From Macrostomum lignano (Eukaryota): a DNA stretch of 48,474 bases. A program made the position numbers and the translations under genes. Each line of letters opens with the position of its first letter. Position 1 is the stretch's first letter. The stretch is from positions 1-48,474 of the forward strand of contig NIVC01003864.1 in assembly GCA_002269645.1 (NCBI GenBank), in the 5' to 3' direction. The notes beneath the pieces are model-generated. The model worked only from the letters and a program-made list of their open reading frames with translations. It ran no database searches and was not told where the DNA came from. Positions 10,262 through 21,374 of this stretch are shown here, in pieces.

Positions 10262-11129
10262 TAGCAGATTTATGACATCTAGTACGTGCAGAGGCGTCGT
10301 AACGGACAGGACACCTCTGCAAAGAATAATGCTGGTATTTATAAATTTAAAAAAATGGGCTATGGCCTATCTTCCTTCGTACTTGTAAAATCATTTATTC
10401 AGAATTTCTTTACATTAAAGTACTAACTAAATCACGCCTTCGACGCTAAAATGAGTGCCAGAAAGCAAAAAGATGACTCTACGCTCTATGATAATAAGTA
10501 ATATATTTTGTACTTTGCTCCGTTATCGTGAAATGTGTAGCGAAAATTCGCGGTGCACCCATAAGTTTTTCAGATTGAAAACTCTTGTTTTTAGCTTTTA
10601 TGCAATACAGGTAATCGGATTCGTAAAATCTAACTGCCCTTACATTACTTTTATGGCTGTGAAATGCTTCCTTTGGCATGTATGCGTCATTAATCAATGT
10701 GTATTTTGGTAAACGATAATGTTTTTAACATTCTCTTCTACCATTCAAACAGTGTGGTAGTTGAAATGTCTGTTGTTATTTGCTTTACAACTGCTAGTCT
10801 GTATGGCAGTGACCTGTCGATTTTTTTGCGAGCGAATATTACTCATCGAGGATCTGGTTTTAGATAAAATACCTAGATACCGACAGACCATTTTTAGTAT
10901 ATGGATTCGTTTGTCTTAATTATAGTTTTAAAATATACAAGCTAGTCGCTTCCGTGTTGTTTTACTAGGAGTTAATTATTTCAATCATTTTTATACGTTC
11001 ATACGGTCAAATGAAATTTAGCTTCACGTTAATCACGTAGTTGTATTTCATAGATAGCCTTATTAATGGTACCTCGTAAAAATCATGCATTGAACTTAAG
11101 AAAAAAGCTTGATAGATAGCACTACTTCT

Positions 11130-11440
11130 TATTTAGACTTGGCTGCAGTGGGTTCCAGACATCCATCGCCGCCCATTCCGCTAAATCCTGGCGACCACGG
11201 GCAGCTGGTGCTGCTGTGTCTGCACTGCGGTCCCCTTCCGGAGAGTCCAGGGGGTGGATAGTCGCTCGCCCGGTAACCCTTAGGTAGCGGACCAGCTGGC
11301 AGAGATTCTCGGGCCTGAAAACGTCGGAGAGGTCCGGATTTAGGTTCAGGTGAGATGAGCCTGTCCTGAGTAAAGGCGGGGGCAGTCACGGATGAAGTGC
11401 TCCGCATTCTCGACGCCGGAGTCAGAATAGGCGTTCCTTG
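11130..11440 (-). mobile_element. Degenerate 3' fragment of a non-LTR retrotransposon (LINE ORF2 C-terminus)
   Basis: Joining three frames gives [48 protein letters not shown]. This resembles the E..EH...C zinc-knuckle end and the terminal L..(F/Y)L..TG helix of LINE ORF2. Two frameshifts are required. Confidence 0.45.
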
Positions 11441-11591
11441 CTACAGATTTTTCCCTGGAGGTGATGATGCCTGGCAAAACAGATAGCACTAAGACTTCGG
11501 GTTCAATTTTGATAGATTCGGTTTTTGCATAGCTCAATAGTGCATAGCTCCAACCATCAAACTGTTACAATATTGTCATTCGCATATTTTC

Positions 11592-12872
11592 ATGCAGTCG
11601 GACAAATCCAACACGGCAAAATCGCCCTTAACGGCGGCGGTGGCATCAAAGACAACTAAACCGACACCAACGTCTCCATCTGCGCCTGGCGACGATGTCA
11701 GAGCCCGATCTAGACAAGCCTACATTTCACAAAAGCATCGCGAACAAAATGACAGCGCCAATAATATGTCAACAACGTCAAATCCAGCAGGGGGCGACAC
11801 CGCCGCCGGAGATTCGGTTGAAGTGAACGGGTCCAGAGTTGACAACGATATCTCTAACGAGATGGAGCAGCTAACAGTGTCCGATCCTAGCGATCATTTT
11901 GGCTCGTCGAGAACCGACAGCTCCGTGGATTCTTTGTCAACGTTTGGCAGTCCGAACCGACTGTACCCTGACCTGTCGGCCTATGGCTACGGTACGGAGT
12001 CGATGGCCTCTCCAAGCCCGTCGCCAAGTCAGCGTCGGGGCAAAGTTCCTCCTCGGTACCGCGAGAGAAAATCCGCACAGGAAGAAAACGAATCAAAGTG
12101 CTTATATATTGTTATAGGCTTACTCGTAGTTGTTTTTGCCTACATTCTTGGCGCACGGGCCTTCTTAACAAGTGGTAGCAAACACACAAGCAATTGTACT
12201 CTAGTTTGTATCAAAACTGTCGTACAGAGAGATCTAGCTGGCAAATTTCCCGCCCAATCGGCTCGTCTTTGGTCCACAATATCAGCCTGTCTGACTCGCC
12301 AGTACGGCTCATCTACACCCGTTGACGCACCGTCAGTGCTGATGCTGTTCAGCAGAGGCGTTGGCAGCGGCGGCGTCGCCTCCTCCCAGCTGACGCTGAA
12401 CTTTCTGGTTGGCCGACTGTCTCGCCTGTTGGCATCTGGCATCGGCGAATGCGGCTGTCGCACTTTTTCGAAGGCTGAAAAAGACGGCTGCAGCGAAGTC
12501 GAAGCCAAGACTGCCGCCACTACCGAATTGATTGACGCGGCAGCCACCGAGGCGGCGAGATCAAAGAGAAGCTGTCTGGCTATTCACCGCATCGACCAGC
12601 TGACTGGGCCGGCCTCTTTGATCTTCTATCGCCTTGCCGACTCGACCGAAGCTCCGCACAGACCGTTTCTGTACATTCTGACTGTGGAGGGCGACGCTGC
12701 AGGCGAGAAGGTCGTCGACGAGACGAGCTTGCAGCGTCAGTTGCGTCAGACTTGGGTGTCAACTGGCCTTCAGACTGAGCACTTTGATCCCATGTGGGCT
12801 CGCATTGGCGGCAACGTGGTGGCTGTGCTTCCAGAGTCTGATGACACTCTACACCAGCTGTCGCGAAGTTAA
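11592..12872 (+). CDS. TOR1AIP: LAP1/LULL1-like paralogue 4 with a disordered Pro/Ser-rich N-terminus
   Basis: About 170-aa N-terminus, TM segment LYIVIGLLVVVFAYILGARAFL, NCT sequon, and a luminal domain with KFPAQSARLW, SLIFYRLAD and MWARIGGNVVAVLPE. Confidence 0.85.
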   Translation: MQSDKSNTAKSPLTAAVASKTTKPTPTSPSAPGDDVRARSRQAYISQKHREQNDSANNMSTTSNPAGGDTAAGDSVEVNGSRVDNDISNEMEQLTVSDPSDHFGSSRTDSSVDSLSTFGSPNRLYPDLSAYGYGTESMASPSPSPSQRRGKVPPRYRERKSAQEENESKCLYIVIGLLVVVFAYILGARAFLTSGSKHTSNCTLVCIKTVVQRDLAGKFPAQSARLWSTISACLTRQYGSSTPVDAPSVLMLFSRGVGSGGVASSQLTLNFLVGRLSRLLASGIGECGCRTFSKAEKDGCSEVEAKTAATTELIDAAATEAARSKRSCLAIHRIDQLTGPASLIFYRLADSTEAPHRPFLYILTVEGDAAGEKVVDETSLQRQLRQTWVSTGLQTEHFDPMWARIGGNVVAVLPESDDTLHQLSRS

Positions 12873-13040
12873 AACATGAAAGCTTTGTAGTGTGAGGAGG
12901 GATAAACAGCTACTTTTCATGGATTGATATTTTGTTAATTTAGTGGCCGTTCGCTTACTGCCTACTGCTTGATATCAGCGTTTAACAGTAGGCCAGTTTG
13001 TCTATTGGCTTTTTTCGTAACATTTTTTATACCAACCGAC

Positions 13041-13454
13041 AGATACTAGAATAACCAGATGGGCCACTCAGCACATTTGCGTGTAAGCTACTTTCCGTTC
13101 AGTAGCAATTTAAACTGAAGCATTTTAATGTATTTTTAAAGCCAAGGTTCATTTATTGCTCTTACCCCCCACTTAAACCTCCAACCGCGCCTTTCCACAC
13201 TACCCCCCACCCCGCCACACCCCAATTTTTATTTCCTGTACAGCCATGTACATTTAAGTGGACTGGCCAATGTACATTATTGCTGAACCAATTAGCAAGC
13301 TGTTTACGCCTGCAAGCTTGGGCTTTTAAACTTATCAAAGTCATTTCAGCTGAACTGTTTTATAAAATAATTCTGTACTCTTCTTTGCTACTGAACTGAA
13401 AGTAGAAAGCTCAGTATATGTGCCTGAGTGGCCCATCTAGTTATTTTAGTATCT
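13041..13454. mobile_element. MITE-like element, copy 2 (same orientation as copy 1)
   Basis: TIRs agatactagaataaccagatgggccactcagcacat / atgtgcctgagtggcccatctagttattttagtatct. The interior is collinear with 2581-3028 (shared ttattgctgaaccaattagcaagctgtttacgcctgcaag). Confidence 0.75.
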
Positions 13455-14371
13455 CTGTACCAACAAAACTCAAACGAATGGGTTTAATATGGTTTATCTA
13501 ATTTATTTCTCATTCAGCTTCTAATCTTTGGTTACCCATTGATAGGATAATGCTAATTGGATGGAAATGCACATTGGTGTCAGTTTGTTGGTAAATTTTT
13601 CGTATTTATTTGCATGCAGAGTTATGATCGTAATCATATTGCGCATTTTCCAGTCACTAATGCCTTCGCGTCGCAGTTTGTACTTTTTCCGGGTAAGAAA
13701 TTGTGTTTAATTAAAACAAATACGCGCGTAAAAAAACTATTAGAAACCCGATGTTTTTATTTAATACTTGCACTGTGTTTCTAATCAAAATATAATGCTC
13801 TATGAAAATGAGAAACTATTTTTTTGCTTTACTTGCTGCGTTTGTATCAATCATTTTATGTATTATAAAGTCATTTTTGTCTCTGAGTATTTCATTATTT
13901 TCTAGTAAATTAACATTATAAATTAGCAATACTAGCTATATCCTACATGTATACTAGCTAGAGCTCCATCTGTATAATCACACCCCATGGGGCGTGGTCT
14001 GTCTGCATGCGAAATCAGTGTGGCTAAACACGATGTGTGCGTGTTTGTGTGTGTGTTTGGCACGACGTTATTGCATGATGCTATTGCCTTTAGCCTAATT
14101 CGGCATTCTCTCTACTTTACAGTACATTGCAACCAGTGCCTGGTTCTATTTACCAAGTCTGTTATCTCACTGACTTGCTTTTCTAAAAAAAATTTCCTTC
14201 TAGTGACAAACGGGATATATTAATAGAAGGATAAATCTTGGGAGCTTGATAACCTTTGTCTTTTGATAATTAATGCATAATCTATCTCTATATGATATCA
14301 CTGTAGTTCACCCTCTTGCTAAGAGGTCTCGTAATCTGCTAGTCTCCCTAGATAAACCTTGAGACGGTCTT

Positions 14372-16706
14372 TCTGATCCAGTCTCACACAGTCTATCCTG
14401 ATCCAATCTCACCCAGTCTTTCCTGATCCAGTCTCACACAGTCTATCCTGATCCAATCTCACCCGGTCTATCCTGATCCAATTACACAGTCTATTCTGAT
14501 CCAATCTCACCCAGTCTATCCTGATCCAATCTCACACAGTCTATCCTGATCCAATCTCACCCAGTGTATCCTGATCCAATCTCACCCAGTCTATCCTGAT
14601 CCAATCTCACCCAGTCTATCCTGATCCAGTCTCACACAGTTATCCTAATCCAATCTCACCCAGTCTATCCTGATCCAGTCTCACACAGTTATCCTGATCC
14701 AATCTCACCCAGTGTATCCTGATCCAATCTCACCCAGTCTATCCTGATCCAATCTCACCCAGTGTATCCTGATCTAATCTCACCCTGTCTATCCTGATCT
14801 AATCTCACCCTGTCTATCCTGATCCAATCTCACCCAGTCTATCCTGATCCAATCTCACCCAGTGTATCCTGATCCAATCTCACCCAGTCTATCCTGATCC
14901 AGTCTCACACAGTTACCCTAATCCAGTCTCACCCAGTGTATCCTGATCTAATCTCACCCTGTCTATCCTGATCCAATCTCACCCAGTCTATCCTGAGGCT
15001 GATCCAATCTCACCCAGTCTATCCTGATCCAATATCACACAGTCTATCCTGATCCAATCTCACCCAGTCTATCCTGATCCAATCTCACCCAGTCTATCCT
15101 GATCCAGTCTCACACAGTTATCCTAATCCAATCTCACCCAGTCTATCCTGATCCAGTCTCACACAGTTATCCTGATCCAATATCACCCAGTGTATCCTCA
15201 TCCAATCTCACCCAGTCTATCCTGATCCAATCTCACCCAGTGTATCCTGATCTAATCTCACCCTGTCTATCCTGATCCAGTCTCACACAGTCTATCCTGA
15301 TCCAATCTCACCCGGTCTATCCTGATCCAATTACACAGTCTATTCTGATCCAATCTCACCCAGTCTATCCTGATCCAATCTCACACAGTCTATCCTGATC
15401 CAATCTCACCCAGTCTTTCCTGATCCAGTCTCACACAGTCTATCCTGATCCAATCTCACCCGGTCTATCCTGATCCAATTACACAGTCTATTCTGATCCA
15501 ATCTCACCCAGTCTATCCTGATCCAATCTCACACAGTCTATCCTGATCCAATCTCACCCAGTGTATCCTGATCCAATCTCACCCAGTCTATCCTGATCCA
15601 ATCTCACCCAGTCTATCCTGATCCAGTCTCAAACAGTTATCCTAATCCAATCTCACCCAGTCTATCCTGATCCAGTCTCACACAGTTATCCTGATCCAAT
15701 CTCACCCAGTGTATCCTGATCCAATCTCACCCAGTCTATCCTGATCCAATCTCACCCAGTGTATCCTGATCTAATCTCACCCTGTCTATCCTGATCTAAT
15801 CTCACCCTGTCTATCCTGATCCAATCTCACCCAGTCTATCCTGATCCAATCTCACCCAGTGTATCCTGATCCAATCTCACCCAGTCTATCCTGATCCAGT
15901 CTCACACAGTTACCCTAATCCAGTCTCACCCAGTGTATCCTGATCTAATCTTACCCTGTCTATCCTGATCCAATCTCACCCAGTCTATCCTGAGGCTGAT
16001 CCAATCTCACCCAGTCTATCCTGATCCAATATCACACAGTCTATCCTGATCCAATCTCACCCAGTCTATCCTGATCCAATCTCACCCAGTCTATCCTAAT
16101 CCAGTCTCACACAGTTATCCTAATCCAATCTCACCCAGTCTATCCTGATCCAGTCTCACACAGTTATCCTGATCCAATATCACCCAGTGTATCCTCATCC
16201 AATCTCACCCAGTCTATCCTGATCCAATCTCACCCAGTGTATCCTGATCTAATCTCACCCTGTCTATCCTGATCCAATCTCACCCAGTCTATCCTGATCC
16301 AATCTCACCCAGTCTATCCTGATCCAGTCTCACCCAGTGTATCCTGATCCAATCTCACCAAGTCTATCCTGATCCAATCTCACCCAGTGTATCCTGATCC
16401 AATCTCACCCAGTCTATCCTGATCCAGTCTCACCCTGTCTATCCTGATACAATCTCACCCAGTCTATCCTGATCCAATCTCACCCTGTCTATCCTGATCC
16501 AATCTCACCCAGTCTATCCTGATCCAATCTCACCCAGTCTATCCTGATCCAGTCTCACACAGTTATCCTGATCCAATCTCACCCAGTCTATCCTGATCCA
16601 ATCTCACCCAGTCTATCCTGATCCAGTCTCACACAGTTATCCTGATCCAATCTCACCCAATCTATCCTGATCCAATCTCACACAGTCTATTCTGATCCAA
16701 TCTCAC
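14372..16706. repeat. ~25-bp satellite array (ctatcctgatccaatctcacccagt) with a higher-order duplication
   Basis: About 90 tandem units of 24-25 bp. Rare variants recur 997 bp apart: tgaggct at 14994 and 15991; atcctca at 15194 and 16191. Confidence 0.95.
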
Positions 16707-17204
16707 AGCGCCTCGCAGTTCTACTTGGATTTGGTCTACGTAGTTAGTCATTACATATATTCACGCTTTTGTATTTTAATTTTTGTCTGGATGTCTCCAT
16801 GTCTAAATTCTTGTATTCCGAGATACATACATGTACATGTATCGAACTTCTTTCTCTCATCCGTGTGGTGTGCACTTCAATACTGCCGCATTAATGTCGT
16901 GATGCATTTTTAATAGAATTCTTTGCCAGGGTATCAAACATTTTCGCTCCTCAGTTCCCTTTCCCCATCTATTTGATTCTAAGGCTTCCTACATGTAGCA
17001 GAGCTTGGGTATGCGAAGAAGCGTTAAAAGCGACTACCATTCAGTTGGAGAAAGATTTTTTTCTGTTTTTATAGTAGCTAGTGCTATTACCCATCGGTTT
17101 TACCCATTGGCTTTTTTAGTGATTTTTATGCTTGGACTGGAATTCTCTTTCCGCTTCAATCGTAGCAGCACATTCAGTTGCACTGGCACTCCCGCCAGAC
17201 AGAC

Positions 17205-17264
17205 GGACGGACGGACACACAGACAGACAGACAGACAGACAGACCGACAAACAGTTAGGCAGGC

Positions 17265-17332
<68 letters not shown>

Positions 17333-17360
17333 CGAGACAGACAGACAGACAGACAGATAG

Positions 17361-17392
<32 letters not shown>

Positions 17393-17514
17393 CGAGACAG
17401 ACAGACAAACAGACAGACCGAGACAGACAGACAAACAGACAGACCGAGACAGACAGACAAACAGACAGACCGAGACAGACAGACAGACAGACAGACAAAC
17501 AAACAGACAGACCG

Positions 17515-17578
<64 letters not shown>

Positions 17579-17606
17579 CGAGACAGACAGACAAACAGAC
17601 AGACCG

Positions 17607-17638
<32 letters not shown>

Positions 17639-17666
17639 CGAGACAGACAGACAGACAGACAGACCG

Positions 17667-17698
<32 letters not shown>

Positions 17699-17742
17699 CG
17701 AGACAGACAGACAAACAGACAGACCGAGACAGACAGACAGAC

Positions 17743-17778
<36 letters not shown>

Positions 17779-17840
17779 CGAGACAGACAGACAGACAGAC
17801 AGACAGACCGAGACAGACAGACAGACAGACAGACAGACCG

Positions 17841-17917
<77 letters not shown>

Positions 17918-17942
17918 GGCAGACAGACAAGCAGGCAGGCAG
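17205..17942. repeat. (ACAG)n microsatellite with ccgag and acaa interruptions
   Basis: Directly visible. It accounts for the RQTD/SVCL pseudo-ORFs. Confidence 0.97.
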
Positions 17943-18888
17943 ACGAATGCTTTTCAATATTAAACAGTGGTTTTCCAAATGTGGCGCTCTGATGTCATTG
18001 TCTTCATCATTTCTACGTGTAAATCGGTAATCAAGATGTCTGCAGCCAGTATATAATGCTGGAATCTCACTCTCTCCTCGTAAGTTAGCTGTATTGGCCA
18101 GGTGTGCCGAATCCCAATTAAGTGCACTGCTTAAATCGAACTCACCTTATGCTCGCTTGCATGTCTATGCACATTCGGTTTATTGAGAGCCATCTTGAAA
18201 TGCTTCACCTGCGTATTGGCCAGGTGTTTTTTTAGTAGAAACCGACTGCATTAATTATTGAGCTATGTCAAACCCATTTCTGGACAAAAAGCGTGAAACA
18301 GTATTTTTATTTGATTATTAAAAATTCGATGCTCAAATACAGGCATAAGTATCTGATTAAGTACACAAAATAGTTATGCTATTTCGCCAAAGGTAAATAA
18401 TAAAAATCATAGATTCTTAACACAAAAGTTTTTTTCCCAATAGAACAGATTCGTCACAGTTCAAGCAGCACTTTGCTTCTCTAAACAAAGATCAAATATG
18501 CAAGTACAATTCCAACTATTATGGGTGTTTAGAAATATTTGGCCTTTTTTGGCTTGCACAATTTGAACACTGCTACCGCAGAAAAATAGCGAGGTTTCAA
18601 TTGTTTTTTTTCAGTTACTTTTTTAATAATATTAATATCTGCATAAAAGGACAATGCAGCACAATCTCCGAATCCGAAAACAATAATATATAAATATAAT
18701 TGAACAATATTGAATTAATAATAAAATAAGTTTTGTTTTCAATGAATACAAAAATTAACTAACCACAGAATAGGGCTAGCTTTGGGCTCAGGGGTAGATT
18801 TAAAGAAGATATATTATTAACATAAACAGACAATCAAATTTAAATTTGTAAAAATCAAGAAAAAACCGCTTAGAATTGATCGTGAATA

Positions 18889-19325
18889 AAAAAGTTAGAT
18901 TTTGTTGTCGTATTAAACAAATTAAATACAATTATAAAAACTGTTCCTTTAACCGTAAATTTACCAGAAAACAAAAACAAAAAATAAATAAATTGGATTA
19001 GTTAAACAAACTATTTTGATGCGCAAAGAAAACAAAAAGTTAGATTTTGTTTTCGTAATAAAAAAATTAAATACAATTATAAAAACTGTTCCTTTGATCG
19101 TAAATTTAACAGAAAACAAAAACAAGAAATAAATAAATTGGATTAGTTAAACAAACTATTTTGATGCGCAAAGAAAACAAAAAGTTAGATTTTGTTTTCG
19201 TATTAAAAAAATTAAATACAATTATAAAAACTGTTCCTTTGATCGTAAATTTAACAGAAACCAAAAACAAGAAATAAATAAATTGGATTAGTTAAACAAA
19301 CTATTTTGATGCGCAAATAAACAAA
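18889..19325. repeat. AT-rich 145-bp tandem repeat, 3 copies
   Basis: The gttagatttt anchor occurs at 18894, 19039 and 19184 (period 145). Confidence 0.9.
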
Positions 19326-19554
19326 TTAACAAAAATACATAATAAAGCAGCGACTTAAAAAACTTACAAATAGACACAATGAATAGACAAAAATGACTAC
19401 AGCTCTACACAGATATCAGCCGATGTTGAAACTGCAACAACAGAACGACGAAACGATTGAAACAAAAATGAGTCCAATCCGGGTTTGTTTTGCTTTGCCG
19501 CGAACAACGGTTTTCTCAAGCTCTTATATTGGCTTTAATTGCCGCTTGGTCCAA

Positions 19555-20289
19555 TCACGCCACGCTGACGGTGCCCGGCGGCTGCGGCCGACCCAAAAAG
19601 CCGAGACGCATTCGTACCGAATGGATGCATCCGCACAGGTGGCTGAGGTCCATGACCTGTTGATAATGGAACGGATACAGCAGCCGGTCGCGTAGCGTGG
19701 CCACCCGGTACTCCAGATTGCTCAAAATCAGTCGGGCGTTGCTAAAATCGAATCGCTCAAAATTCAGATCGGATCGATACACTAGCAGATCGTTCTGCAC
19801 CGGCTGCAGAATCTCATTTTGCAGCATCTCCGTCACGTGGTTGACGCAGTGCTCTCGACTCTTCTGGTCGTTGCTTTTAAACGCCTGATAGACGCACTCG
19901 TCGACGTATTTGCCGAGCTTCTGCGCCACCTTGGAGCAGTTGCCGGAGAAGCAGGGTGTTGAGCTGTTCCGCCTGAGCAGGCGTCGGCGCGGGAAGCAAC
20001 TCGCGGAAGCGGCGGCTGGAACGTTTCCTGAACTGCCAGCCACCGCGGCGGCAACTACAGCGGCCGCGCTTGGTGGCAGAAGCTGAGCAGTCTCCTCTGT
20101 CACCATGGCAACTACGTCAGCTGTGTCACTGGAGCTGTTAGCAGGTGAAGCCGCCGCCGCCGCCGCCGCCTGCTGCTGCAGGTTCTCAAACGAAGAAGTA
20201 CGTCTGAGTAGGTTCCGGCGAGGCTTCAGAGCTCCGGCCATTGGTAGCTGCTTGCTCGATGCCATCGTCTGCGCTGCACTGCTCTGCAT
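19555..20289 (-). CDS. Hypothetical protein (~244 aa): disordered Ala/Ser N-half and a predicted helical C-terminal domain
   Basis: GC-rich open frame in AT-rich flanks, with ATG at 20289 or 20265. Codon usage and poly-Ala resemble the other genes in the window. No family recognised. Confidence 0.65.
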   Translation of the reverse strand: MQSSAAQTMASSKQLPMAGALKPRRNLLRRTSSFENLQQQAAAAAAASPANSSSDTADVVAMVTEETAQLLPPSAAAVVAAAVAGSSGNVPAAASASCFPRRRLLRRNSSTPCFSGNCSKVAQKLGKYVDECVYQAFKSNDQKSREHCVNHVTEMLQNEILQPVQNDLLVYRSDLNFERFDFSNARLILSNLEYRVATLRDRLLYPFHYQQVMDLSHLCGCIHSVRMRLGFLGRPQPPGTVSVA

Positions 20290-21374
20290 TTTAATATTAG
20301 GTTGAGGCTTATTACATGTATACGTACGTATAGTCATTGCTAAGGTAAACAGTTATTGCTACGATTTTATGGGTAACAATAACAGTGCGATAGCACTAGA
20401 AGCGTTGCTTCAAATATACTTACATTGAAATTTCACAAACTTATAAAAGAAAAATGCTTCACAACGCTATAATGTTAGCTTGCGTTTACCAAGCTCTGTA
20501 ATTGTTGCAAAGCTTTCCTAGAAAATTACAGACTGAGTGGACGAGTAAGGCAAATGGAAATGAGCCGCTCTGCTGTAATTTGACCTGCTAAATCGTTTAA
20601 TCAACGGAATGAAGGCTGCTCAAGCTGCTAGCTCGTTTCCCAATGCAGCAATTTATAGGCTGCAGCTGCACCTCCTCCCCTCGAGACTCGGCCGAGCACG
20701 GGGGCGGGATGAGGAGCCTGTGTAGTCTGCATCGATCCACGGGTAGGGAGGCTGGGACGGCTTGGGCGTGGAGTACGGATTTGGGGGCTGGCGGACGCCC
20801 CCTGCTGGTGTTCGGGGTTGGCCGAGATATGCTGCATTTCATCCTTTCTCAGCTGCTATGCGCGGACACTTCGAATGAAGGTTGAAGAGGACCGTTATTA
20901 GCTGGGGTGGGGGGGGTTGTTCGGAATCAACCAGTCAGTCCGGAGCTGTCGCTTTTGTTCTTGCGACTCCCGAATCCTTTTGCAGCCTCGACATCTTTGC
21001 CTTGGCTTCATTTTCATCGCTGTACGGGCCTGAGCTCCGCGATCGCATTCCCACTATGCTGCCGGCCTGTTGAGGAATTTGAATTGCTAATTGCCTGCAC
21101 ATGCACGCGTTTGGTGCTCTCAGCTCACCTTTTTTTTCAATAGCCACCGCGACCTCCCCCTGTATCCTTCTCCCCTTCACCCCGCTCTTCCTCCCCCTAG
21201 TTATCCCCAGGGAACCTTTTCGCACCAGCTATGGCCGCTGCCTGATCTTATTTGCCGATTGATGTCAAAAATGGATTTGCAAAACTCTTGCTGACATCCT
21301 ACCTGCATCGGTTGAGCACAAAGCGCATTTCTGTCCTATGCATCTCCTCTCTCTGTCATCCCTTCTCACTGCAC

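Noticed and set aside
17005-17992. Long RQTD/SVCL ORFs (also 23020-23426, 24337-25026, 34649-35209, 35344-35991)
   Set aside because: These are translations of (ACAG)n microsatellites, which lack stop codons in every frame.
19393-19888. Plus-strand ORFs overlapping the orphan gene
   Set aside because: They are shorter and overlap the longer, better-composed minus-strand ORF in antisense.
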